Source: Dehalococcoidia bacterium (GTDB taxonomy: Bacteria > Chloroflexota > Dehalococcoidia > Lucifugimonadales > UBA1123). Taken from it: a stretch of DNA of 64,000 bases. A program made the translations under genes and the position numbers. Location: NCBI GenBank assembly GCA_965202965.1, contig OZ241888.1, forward strand, positions 876,653 through 940,652. Direction: 5' to 3'. Shown one piece after another: positions 9,503 to 18,123 of the stretch (positions are counted from its first letter, which is position 1; each line of letters starts with the position of its first letter). The notes under the pieces were generated by a model, which was given only the letters and a program-made list of their open reading frames with translations, had not been told where the DNA came from and did no database searches.

Positions 9503-9530
9503 TTGACCTACGGACGATGTGAAATATAAT
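9503..9530 (+). promoter_or_regulatory. Sigma70-like promoter candidate for the 9563 ORF
   Basis: TTGACC (9503-9508), a 16-nt spacer, then TATAAT (9525-9530), about 33 nt upstream of the ATG. Confidence 0.5.
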
Positions 9531-9562
9531 GTTGTTAGGGCACAATAGCATCGAGAAAGCGT

Positions 9563-9814
9563 ATGAGTGCGGAAGCCAAATATCTTCAGGAAATGATTAG
9601 CATGATGTTAAGGCTTGCATCACTTGGCCTAGTCCTATTGATATGGTCAGTACTTATGTTCGCTTTACTACAAATCGAGGAACCGATATTCGAGAAAGCC
9701 AATGAGTCAGGGGAGAGTAGCTTGTCCTACGTCGGGAGACACGGCTATTGCTACCCTGACCCTGGGAATCCAGATCACGGACACCTGATCTGTCCGTATG
9801 CTGGAGAGAAATAA
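9563..9814 (+). CDS. Small membrane-anchored/secreted hypothetical protein
   Basis: 83 aa with a hydrophobic segment LRLASLGLVLLIWSVLMFALL. The C-terminal motif GESSLSYVGRHGYCYPD is shared with the next ORF. Low-GC islet; a near-consensus promoter lies upstream. Confidence 0.4.
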   Translation: MSAEAKYLQEMISMMLRLASLGLVLLIWSVLMFALLQIEEPIFEKANESGESSLSYVGRHGYCYPDPGNPDHGHLICPYAGEK

Positions 9815-9911
9815 AACCAGTATTATTATTCATGCTCAAAGTTTCTATTGACGCCTTTCATAAGGGCTGTGCTAATCTAGCGCGGTTTCAAGTGAAAGGA
9901 GACTGAAACGT

Positions 9912-10637
9912 ATGAGTAGATTACTACTCGCAACAATCGGATTGCTTATCCTAGGTGGGATAAGCCTAGTAATGGCTCTATCGGCTCCCAGTGCTGATGT
10001 CCAGGCTCAGGCGACGAGTTGTTCAGATTTGGCAAGTGCGCTCACACCGGGGCCGACACCTTCACCAGACGACGATTGGGACGATTCTTGTACCAATGCG
10101 TCAAGCACAGTGTATCGAGCGAGGGAGCCAGGAGTTGTAGGAACAAGCAGTACGCAACCTAATATCCCTACGGGTGAGTCTAGTCTGCCCTTTGTCGGAA
10201 GGTATGGCTATGGCTATCCTGATGGTAGTGGTGGGATGATCTATCCATATCAGACGCCTGTATCGGCACAGGCAAATGCTACTTCTACTGCGATTCGTCG
10301 GTTCTCTCACGCGATCCATTACATGGAGTGTGAGAGTCCCTGTCCCAATAACACCAGTACAGGCGTTAGTGCTTTCGAGGCTAATCTAAGTACGAGACCT
10401 GCTGTATTAACTACTGGCGCGATGCACTGGCAGAACTACCACTACTTCAACAGGATGCACGTACTCCATCCAGGCAAGTCTATAACCTGCCCAGATGGTC
10501 GGGCGTATCATCCCTTCTTGTCGGTAGGGTATGCACAGGGCAAATTCAAGCGTGCAAGTCTCTATAACGGTGAGATAATTGTTGAGGCGTACTATCGCGC
10601 TCCTGCGACTGCAACATCTCGCGCTAATACCATTTAA
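9912..10637 (+). CDS. Secreted hypothetical protein
   Basis: 241 aa with a signal-peptide-like N-terminus MSRLLLATIGLLILGGISLVMALSAPSADVQA. An AAAGGAG RBS is present. It shares the GESSLPFVGRYGYGYPD motif with the upstream ORF. Confidence 0.5.
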   Translation: MSRLLLATIGLLILGGISLVMALSAPSADVQAQATSCSDLASALTPGPTPSPDDDWDDSCTNASSTVYRAREPGVVGTSSTQPNIPTGESSLPFVGRYGYGYPDGSGGMIYPYQTPVSAQANATSTAIRRFSHAIHYMECESPCPNNTSTGVSAFEANLSTRPAVLTTGAMHWQNYHYFNRMHVLHPGKSITCPDGRAYHPFLSVGYAQGKFKRASLYNGEIIVEAYYRAPATATSRANTI

Positions 10638-10677
10638 GTCTGACTATGCCGTGAATCTCTGAGACAAATTTCCAGCG

Positions 10678-10702
10678 TCATTCCCGCGAAGGCGGGAATC
10701 CA
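10678..10702 (-). repeat. Solo family-B hairpin unit (attcccgc/gcgggaat)
   Basis: gtcattcccgcgaaggcgggaatcc is the same unit as inside the MITE-like elements, in the opposite orientation. Confidence 0.7.
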
Positions 10703-10803
10703 TCGCACCCAATCAGGCAGAACATGGTGTCATTACTCCGAATTGGTATAAGGTAGTCTGCGAGGAGATTGCTACGGGGATATTCCCGGACGATCCATCG
10801 GCC

Positions 10804-11208
10804 TTGACGTTCAAGATGTATTGGACTACTGACGTTGACGACGATCTCAATACGTGGCTGAATGGAGCTTGGAAGATTGACGTGTGGCTTGGCTACTGGA
10901 AGAATCTAGCAGTCATACCTACCGGATGGAAAACTGCGACAGCAGTCGAGTACGGTCAAGAGCTTTGGGCTAGGAACGAGGATAGGGCTTCGGTCCGCGC
11001 CTCTCTCAACTTCGGTCATAAGGCTACGTTGACGGATCACAATGGAAAGGTATTGCCTTGGTATGAGAGTGTTCTACCTTCTCACTTGCAGGGAAGGTCG
11101 GGCACGGCGAAGGCAGACAAGCACAAGCCATTCTCGATAACGGACATCCGAAGGGGAGACTACACGAGCATAGCAACGTGTGTCCCGGTTGACGATTACT
11201 GTGAGTAA
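10804..11208 (+). CDS. Hypothetical protein (Trp-rich), start uncertain (TTG)
   Basis: 134-aa ORF with plausible protein composition but no recognised domain. It could be a gene remnant. Confidence 0.3.
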   Translation: MTFKMYWTTDVDDDLNTWLNGAWKIDVWLGYWKNLAVIPTGWKTATAVEYGQELWARNEDRASVRASLNFGHKATLTDHNGKVLPWYESVLPSHLQGRSGTAKADKHKPFSITDIRRGDYTSIATCVPVDDYCE

Positions 11209-11834
11209 GGCATAGCCGGGTACAATCCCCTTGTAATGGATAGGTAATCAGACCGCTGCAGGGATTCTCTAGGTAGAGTCCTTGCGGCGGAGTAGTATAG
11301 CGACTCTCACACCCAACTCGACCACGCACCCAGCGATAAACAATTCTGAATCAATCAGATAAACGTACGGTTGTTATACTTTGATATATGAGACTCGATT
11401 CCAAGACCGAAAGAACGCGGACTGTCACGATACAAACAGCGCAGACATCTATGAGAATCAGGCAAACGCGCTCCGGCAATCCCATAGATGAGTAAGGGAC
11501 ACTTCCTCAAATACTGGAAATCCAAGGCAATAGCTATCTGGTCACCACTGTATTCGTTAAGTACAACTACATCGAATCGGATTACCGCCTGCAAAAAACT
11601 CTTGAAAGCATCTCCATTTCCTGCATTCCCAATGGGATGCTTCAGGAGCGTTATAATCCAACGGCGCAGAGGACTTTCTGGCTTGCGGGCAGGAACGTTC
11701 CCAGCAGAGGGGAAGCATTTCGGGTCAGAGCTAGCCTTCCGAGACTGAAGAACATGGCGACATGGCGCGTGCAGAACATCCAACTCCTCCCCGAAACGTC
11801 ATTCGCATGGAATGATTAGATAGCTGGGACTCCC

Positions 11835-12260
11835 ATGAACAGAGCAAGACTCGGAATCGCCTCCGCTGCCCTCGCGCACTTCCTTGCGTGGGCGGTATTA
11901 TTGTACTTCGCTTTCTACCCCTGCGTTTATCAAGGAGTGACCGTCACTACTCAGACCGGCGTGACGATCAGTGAAAGCGGGTGTTCGGGATCGTTGGTCA
12001 CGGTCAACGGGCTGCGTGTTCTGCTCGTTCTTGTAGTCCCTGTCGCGATCACCGGACTCGGACTGTTCGCCATGATTTCAAACGTGGTCACTTACGGAGT
12101 CGCTCGAATCCTGCTATGGTCATCTGGAATCTCGATGGCCTTGATATGCCTGCTCGGCGCTCTATCCGTAGGAGTCCTCTATATACCCGCGGCTCTCGCA
12201 ATGATAGTGTCCGCGATAGCCGGCCCTCTAATGACTGAGACTGACGACCAACATGCTTGA
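11835..12260 (+). CDS. Integral membrane hypothetical protein (about 4 TM segments)
   Basis: 141 aa with four hydrophobic stretches. The 3' end overlaps the recQ start by 8 nt. Confidence 0.5.
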   Translation: MNRARLGIASAALAHFLAWAVLLYFAFYPCVYQGVTVTTQTGVTISESGCSGSLVTVNGLRVLLVLVVPVAITGLGLFAMISNVVTYGVARILLWSSGISMALICLLGALSVGVLYIPAALAMIVSAIAGPLMTETDDQHA

Positions 12261-14442
12261 ACTCCTGAAGCGATACTTCGGCTACGACGAATTTCGCCCA
12301 TTGCAGGCCGAAATCGTGGATGCCGTTATGGACGGCAGCGATACCCTCGTCGTGATGCCCACCGGTGGTGGCAAGTCGCTCTGCTACCAGCTCCCCGCGC
12401 TCGCTCTACCGGGGATTACCCTCGTCGTGTCACCGCTGATTGCCCTGATGAAAGATCAGGTTGACGCGCTCAAGGCGAACGGTGTACCCGCCGAATGTCT
12501 CAACAGTGGCATGAGCGGTGAGGAGCAGTCACGTGTGCAGATGAAAACCCATCGCGGAGAGATCAGGCTGCTCTATGTGGCTCCCGAGCGCATCGTGCGC
12601 CCCGGCTTCCAGAGATTCCTGGAGTCAATCGAGCTTAGCATGATAGCGGTGGACGAGGCCCACTGCATTTCACAATGGGGACACGAGTTCAGGCCCGACT
12701 ATCGCAACCTGAGGCAGCTAAGGCGTCTCGCGCCCGAAACTCCCGTCATCGCCCTCACCGCGACCGCCACACAGCGCGTGCGCGACGACATCGTCGCCCA
12801 ACTCGACATGAAATCCCCATCCGTGTTCATCGGCAGTATCAACCGCCCCAACCTCAGATACGCGGTCTTCCCCAACACGGGCAAGTACGACACCCTGGTC
12901 GAACATCTGCGACGGCGTCAAGGGTCGAGCGCGATAGTCTATCGGGGTTCCCAGAAAGGATGCGATGAGCTTGCTGCCGACCTTGCCGAAGAGGGCTTTA
13001 AGTCGCTGCCTTACCATGCAGGGCTTGGTAGTGAGATGAGGCAGCGCAACCAGGAGCGTTTCGTGCGCGACCAAGTGGACGTGATAGTCGCGACCGTCGC
13101 CTTCGGCATGGGTATTGACAAGCCCGACATACGGCTTGTCGCCCACTACGATATGCCCGGCTCCATCGAGCGGTACTACCAGGAATCGGGACGCGCCGGA
13201 CGCGACGGCCTGTCGTCCGACTGCATCTTGTTCTACGGAGCGCAGGATCGTGAGCGCGAGATGTTCTTCATCGGGCGCATGGAAAACGACTTGGAACGCG
13301 AGTCCGCGGAGGCCAAGCTGGATGCGATGGTGAGCTACTGCCAGACCGGGGCCTGCCGCCGCGTTGCGCTACTTCGCTACTTCGGAGAGGAACAGTCCGA
13401 GGAAAGCTGCGATTCCTGCGATGTGTGCGAGGCAGAAACGTTCGACGCCACGGTAATCTCGCAGAAGATACTCTCCGCTGCGATACGCACGGGCGAGCGA
13501 TTCGGCGCTACATACGTATCCCAGGTTCTGACCGGAAGACGAGTCAAGAGCGTCGTGGATCGCAATCACGACAGCCTGTCGGTGTTCGGAATCGTTGACG
13601 ACTACACCGCGAAGGCTATACGCGAGATTATGGCTACGCTCGTGAGCCGCGGTCTGCTGGCCCGAAGCAGTGACTCGCGCTATCCCACTTTGTCAGTAAC
13701 CCGACAGGGGCGTCGCTTCCTGAATCAGCGCGAGAGCATAGAGTTGCCAATTCTGGAAGGCATGAAGCGGGCAAAGAAACGCGCCGAACTGGACTACGAC
13801 AACGACTTGTTCCAGAAACTGAGAGAACTGCGAACGAGATTGGCCTCCGAGCGCGGCGTACCTCCATACGTCGTGTTCGGCGATGTGTCCCTACGCGAAA
13901 TGGCGCACTACTACCCCCAGAGCGAGGATAGCTTTCTCCGGATAACCGGCGTGGGCCGCGTCAAACTCCGCGACTTCGGTGACGACTTCCTTGAAACGAT
14001 ACGTTCCTACGCCGAGCCGAAGGGCATCGAGGACCTCACTGCCACGGCGTCGCCTGGTGCCCCGAAGGAGCCCCGGCGATCCCCAAACGGGAACTCTTCA
14101 CGAAATTCAGGAATAGGTTCTTCGCTTCAAAAGACACTGGCTCTTCTGCAGGAGGGAATTCCATTCCAGGAGGTCGTCAACCGTCGGGGTCTGGCGAGTT
14201 CAACGGTTTCGTCTCACATCGAATGGCTCATAGAGTCGGGCGATTTGAAAGACTACGAAAGATACCTACCCGCCGACGCTGATCTGAAGCGAATCACCCA
14301 CGCATTCGAGAAAGTGGGTGACGATAAACTGAGACCCGTACACGAAGCCCTGGGCGGTGAATACCCCTACTGGAAAATCCGCCTGGCGAGGGCGCACCTC
14401 CGCAGACAGAAAGTTGCACAGGGAATGACCGAAGGCTTATAA
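12253..14442 (+). CDS. recQ: ATP-dependent DNA helicase RecQ
   Basis: FGYDEFRPLQAEIV, Walker A MPTGGGKSLCYQLPA, DEAH box (VDEAHCISQWGHEFRPDY), Zn-finger cysteines CRR...CDSCDVC and an HRDC-like segment. A further C-terminal helix-turn-helix-like extension of about 100 aa follows. Confidence 0.95.
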   Translation: MLELLKRYFGYDEFRPLQAEIVDAVMDGSDTLVVMPTGGGKSLCYQLPALALPGITLVVSPLIALMKDQVDALKANGVPAECLNSGMSGEEQSRVQMKTHRGEIRLLYVAPERIVRPGFQRFLESIELSMIAVDEAHCISQWGHEFRPDYRNLRQLRRLAPETPVIALTATATQRVRDDIVAQLDMKSPSVFIGSINRPNLRYAVFPNTGKYDTLVEHLRRRQGSSAIVYRGSQKGCDELAADLAEEGFKSLPYHAGLGSEMRQRNQERFVRDQVDVIVATVAFGMGIDKPDIRLVAHYDMPGSIERYYQESGRAGRDGLSSDCILFYGAQDREREMFFIGRMENDLERESAEAKLDAMVSYCQTGACRRVALLRYFGEEQSEESCDSCDVCEAETFDATVISQKILSAAIRTGERFGATYVSQVLTGRRVKSVVDRNHDSLSVFGIVDDYTAKAIREIMATLVSRGLLARSSDSRYPTLSVTRQGRRFLNQRESIELPILEGMKRAKKRAELDYDNDLFQKLRELRTRLASERGVPPYVVFGDVSLREMAHYYPQSEDSFLRITGVGRVKLRDFGDDFLETIRSYAEPKGIEDLTATASPGAPKEPRRSPNGNSSRNSGIGSSLQKTLALLQEGIPFQEVVNRRGLASSTVSSHIEWLIESGDLKDYERYLPADADLKRITHAFEKVGDDKLRPVHEALGGEYPYWKIRLARAHLRRQKVAQGMTEGL

Positions 14443-14479
14443 CTGAATACTAAAAACTAAGGACCGAGAACTAAAGACC

Positions 14480-15520
14480 ATGAAATTCAGCAACTTCCTG
14501 TTCCCGCAGTCAGATACGCCTGACACCGACCATGAAGTAGTTACCGACGCCCTGCGCGAGGCCGAACTGACCGAAGAGCTAGGCTTCGACGGGGTCTGGC
14601 TGGGCGAGCATCACATAGACGGTGCCTGCGCCTACGTTGACCCGGTCACGTTCGCCGCCGCCGTCGCCGCCCGCACCGAGCACGTCAAGATAGGTTTCGC
14701 CGCGGTTCAGATGGCTTTGCACCACCCGATCAGACTGGCCGAGCAGGTCGCCCTTCTGGACAACATCAGCAAAGGCCGGATCATCCTGGGCATCGGACGC
14801 GGCACCGCGTACAACTTCTACGAATACCGCAGTTATGGAATCCCTTTCGCTGAGGCGCAGGGAAGGCTCGTAGAGTCCGAGGAAATACTTCCGAAGGCTT
14901 GGACGACAGAGAACTACCGGCACAAGAGTGAGTTCTTCGACATAGACCTCCCCGTCCTCAGGCCGAAGGTCTATCAGAGTCCGTATCCGCCGATTATCCG
15001 CGCGGTGGCAACCGAGGGCTCGATGATCGAAATGGCCAAACAGGGCCGTCCGCTTATGCTCGTCGTCCAGCCCGACGACGAGACCGAGAGACGCTTTCGG
15101 GTTTACCGGGACACGCTGGCCGAATCCGGCCTGGATGAAGAGAGTGTAGAACGGGTTATGGGCGAATGCTGGATTTGGCGGAACATCTACGTCGCCGACA
15201 CCGACGCCGAGGCCGAGAAGCTCGCCGCCAGGGTCCACGAGGCCAACCGTAAACACATATCCGAAACACGGCTGCGTCTGAACACTGCCGAGGAAATGGC
15301 GTCAGTCAAAACCGGCCTCGCTGACCCAAGGTTCAACGTGGAAAACAGCATGATATTCGGCTCGCCCGATACGGTCGCCGAACGTATAGAGCGACTGGGA
15401 CGCATAGGTGTGGGCGGCCTCATCCTCCACTTCCGCGTAGGTCCCATGACATGGGAAGAGAATGAGCGCAGCCTCCGAATGTTCGCCGACGAGGTAATGC
15501 CCAGGTTCAGGGCCAATTGA
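14480..15520 (+). CDS. LLM-class flavin-dependent oxidoreductase (luciferase-like monooxygenase)
   Basis: MKFSNFLFPQ..., GFDGVWLGEHH and ISKGRIILGIGRG motifs. Confidence 0.85.
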   Translation: MKFSNFLFPQSDTPDTDHEVVTDALREAELTEELGFDGVWLGEHHIDGACAYVDPVTFAAAVAARTEHVKIGFAAVQMALHHPIRLAEQVALLDNISKGRIILGIGRGTAYNFYEYRSYGIPFAEAQGRLVESEEILPKAWTTENYRHKSEFFDIDLPVLRPKVYQSPYPPIIRAVATEGSMIEMAKQGRPLMLVVQPDDETERRFRVYRDTLAESGLDEESVERVMGECWIWRNIYVADTDAEAEKLAARVHEANRKHISETRLRLNTAEEMASVKTGLADPRFNVENSMIFGSPDTVAERIERLGRIGVGGLILHFRVGPMTWEENERSLRMFADEVMPRFRAN

Positions 15521-15553
15521 GAATTATGAATTCAGAATTGGGGATATGGCATA

Positions 15554-17227
15554 GTGAAGCAGGGTACTCAGATCCCAGATAGAGACGCAACCGACCAGTC
15601 GGTTGCGAGAGACTTCGTACAACTTCCCAGAAGGCAGGTCGTCCTCACCATGGTCGGTCTGCTAATGGCCATGTTCCTGGCGGCCTTGGACCAGACCATC
15701 GTGTCCACTGCCATGCCCCGAGTCATTGCCGACCTAGGCGGGTTCGACCGCTACACCTGGGTCACCACCGCGTACCTTGTTGCCTCTACCGTCGCTGTCC
15801 CGATAGTGGGAAGGCTCACCGACATCTACGGGCGCAAGATATTCTTCATCGGGGGAATTTCCGTATTCATATTGGGGTCCGTGCTGGCGGGCATGAGCGA
15901 GACGATGACACAGCTAATCGCCTTTCGAGCGATTCAGGGACTCGGCGGCGGCGTCATCATGGCCAACAGCTTCGTCGCCATCGCCGACCTGTTCCCGCCC
16001 GAGGAAAGGGGCAAGTTCCAGGGCTTCCTGGGTGTAGTGTTCGGAATGTCTTCAGTCATAGGACCCACGCTGGGCGGCTTCATAACCGACAACTTCTCCT
16101 GGAATTGGATATTCCTTATCAACGTGCCGGTCGGAATCCCTGTGCTGCTCCTCATAGCCTGGCTCTTCCCGAAGATAACCCCCGAGGTCGAAAGCCGGAA
16201 ACTGGACTACCCTGGCATGGTGACTCTGATCTTGGCGGTGACACCCACCCTGCTTGCCCTCTCATGGGGCGGCGTACAGTATGCTTGGGTTTCGCCGCAG
16301 GTCTTGGGATTTCTCGCATTCGGCTTGGCAATGGGTGTCGCTTTCGTAGTCATAGAGTCCAGGACCGACTCACCCATAATGCCGCTGGAGATATACAGGA
16401 ATCAGATGGTGGCCGTCTCGCTGTTCGCCACATTCCTGACAGGGTTCGGAATGTTCGGAGCTATAATCTTCATTCCGTTATTCTTCCAGGGTGTCCTCGG
16501 CGCTTCCGCCACAAGCAGCGGGAGTTTCCTGACCCCCATGATGCTCGGAATCGTGTTCGGTGCGACTCTGTCCGGCCAGTTGCTTTCGAGGACCGGCGGT
16601 CACTACCGCATACAGGCCATCATCGGCACCGGGCTGATGTTGCTGGGCGCGATCCTCATCTCCACCATGAACCCAGAAACGAGTTTCCTGCGCGCAGTCG
16701 GCTATATCATCGTACTGGGAGTTGGGCTTGGCACGACCTTCCCTACTTTCACTCTTTCAGTGCAGAACTCGGTGCCGTTCAGGCTGATGGGCATATCTAC
16801 CTCCGCCCTCCAATTCTATCGCTCGATTGGTGGTATGCTTGGACTCGCAGTTCTCGGATCGGTCATGGCAGGCAGGTTCGCCTCGAAGCTGGAGGACATG
16901 GTTCCGGAAAACGTCACTGCCGCACTGCCGCCTGGCCAGCTTGACGCCATCAAGGATAACCCGCAGGCTCTCATTGATCCGTCGGCAGTGGATAGGCTGA
17001 AGTCCGGCTTCGCCCAGGCTGGACCGGACGGCGCTCGGATGGTGGAGACTCTCCTGGGATCGCTGAAGACCGCACTCGCCGGGGCCATCAGCGACGTATT
17101 CATTCTCGCCTCGGTCGTGTTGGCGCTGTCCCTGGTGGTATCGTTGTTCCTCCACAGGTCGGGGTTCACAATGCCCGAGACCGGAGGCGAGAATGTTCCG
17201 GGCGAAGTGCCGGAACGTCGGGCTTAG
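15554..17227 (+). CDS. MFS transporter, DHA2 (EmrB/QacA-like, 14-TMS) family
   Basis: 557 aa. LDQTIVSTAMPRVIADLGG and GRLTDIYGRK motifs, about 14 hydrophobic segments, GTG start. Confidence 0.85.
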   Translation: MKQGTQIPDRDATDQSVARDFVQLPRRQVVLTMVGLLMAMFLAALDQTIVSTAMPRVIADLGGFDRYTWVTTAYLVASTVAVPIVGRLTDIYGRKIFFIGGISVFILGSVLAGMSETMTQLIAFRAIQGLGGGVIMANSFVAIADLFPPEERGKFQGFLGVVFGMSSVIGPTLGGFITDNFSWNWIFLINVPVGIPVLLLIAWLFPKITPEVESRKLDYPGMVTLILAVTPTLLALSWGGVQYAWVSPQVLGFLAFGLAMGVAFVVIESRTDSPIMPLEIYRNQMVAVSLFATFLTGFGMFGAIIFIPLFFQGVLGASATSSGSFLTPMMLGIVFGATLSGQLLSRTGGHYRIQAIIGTGLMLLGAILISTMNPETSFLRAVGYIIVLGVGLGTTFPTFTLSVQNSVPFRLMGISTSALQFYRSIGGMLGLAVLGSVMAGRFASKLEDMVPENVTAALPPGQLDAIKDNPQALIDPSAVDRLKSGFAQAGPDGARMVETLLGSLKTALAGAISDVFILASVVLALSLVVSLFLHRSGFTMPETGGENVPGEVPERRA

Positions 17228-17849
17228 ATTCTCAGAGTCAGAGAGCAAATTGCGCAAACACTGGAAGCTAATCTCGACTGTGGCGCTCGCGGCGCTGGTC
17301 GTCGCTTTCTTCGCGCTGCTCGCCTTTGGTCTCGCCAATAAGACGCCCGCCACCGGGCGCAGCGGTGTAACCAGGGTCGGCAATCCCGCTCCCGCTTTCT
17401 CGATGACTCTTTTGGACGGCGGTGAATTCCATCTCGAAAACTATACGGGAAGGCCGCTGGTGATCAACTTCTGGGCCTCATGGTGTCCGCCCTGCCGCGA
17501 CGAGTCGCCCGGCTTCGAGAGGGTCTGGCGGAAGTACCGCGACACCGGAGTATTGTTTGTTGGCGTTGACATTCAGGATACGGAAGAGGAAGCCACGCGA
17601 TACATAGAGGAGTTTGATCTCACCTTCCCGAACGGTCGTGATCCCGATGGCAAGATAACCGTCGAGTACGGCGTCATCGGGCTGCCGGTCACGTTCTTCA
17701 TAGGAGCGAACGGCATAGTGGAAGGAAGATGGGTCGGCGCAGTACCCGAGGACAAGCTGGAAGACTGGACTCTCGCACTGTTGGATCGCTCCGTACCGTC
17801 CGATGAGTCGGACGGCGAAACTACCGACGGCTTCTTTCCATTGAGGTGA
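17193..17849 (+). CDS. TlpA/ResA-family thiol-disulfide oxidoreductase (thioredoxin fold), membrane-anchored
   Basis: Redox motif WASWCPPC and an N-terminal TM segment ISTVALAALVVAFFALLAF. The ORF-track ATG overlaps the MFS gene by 35 nt. An in-frame TTG at 17250 (MRKHWKL...) is an alternative start. Confidence 0.8.
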   Translation: MFRAKCRNVGLRFSESESKLRKHWKLISTVALAALVVAFFALLAFGLANKTPATGRSGVTRVGNPAPAFSMTLLDGGEFHLENYTGRPLVINFWASWCPPCRDESPGFERVWRKYRDTGVLFVGVDIQDTEEEATRYIEEFDLTFPNGRDPDGKITVEYGVIGLPVTFFIGANGIVEGRWVGAVPEDKLEDWTLALLDRSVPSDESDGETTDGFFPLR

Positions 17850-17904
17850 GCGTCCCCTATAATCTACATTGGAGTGCGTTGAGCGCGTCGGGAAGGATAA
17901 AGCT

Positions 17905-18111
17905 ATGACAACCGCTGAACAGCCCATCACCAGGACTGAACTGCGTGAGGAACTAAGGCACTATGCCACAAAAGCCGACCTCGCCGAACTGCGGGTTGAA
18001 CTCCATCAAATCGAAACCAGACTGATCAAATGGATGGTCGGACTGATGGTTGCATCATCAGCCGTAGCAACCAGTCTCGCTCTGTTGATTCAGCGACTTA
18101 TTGGAAGCTAA
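17905..18111 (+). CDS. Small coiled-coil protein with C-terminal TM anchor (hypothetical)
   Basis: 68 aa from the ATG at 17905, with an AGGA RBS upstream. ELREELRHYATKADLAELRVELHQIETRL is followed by the TM segment WMVGLMVASSAVATSLALLI. Confidence 0.4.
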   Translation: MTTAEQPITRTELREELRHYATKADLAELRVELHQIETRLIKWMVGLMVASSAVATSLALLIQRLIGS

Positions 18112-18123
18112 CCATAAGTATTG

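Noticed and set aside
11355-11783. 142-aa minus-strand ORF, overlapped by 86-aa and 60-aa plus-strand ORFs
   Set aside because: Both strands give Cys/Arg/His-rich, low-plausibility translations with no recognisable domain. I cannot decide the strand or whether this is coding at all. It may be degraded sequence inside the low-GC islet.
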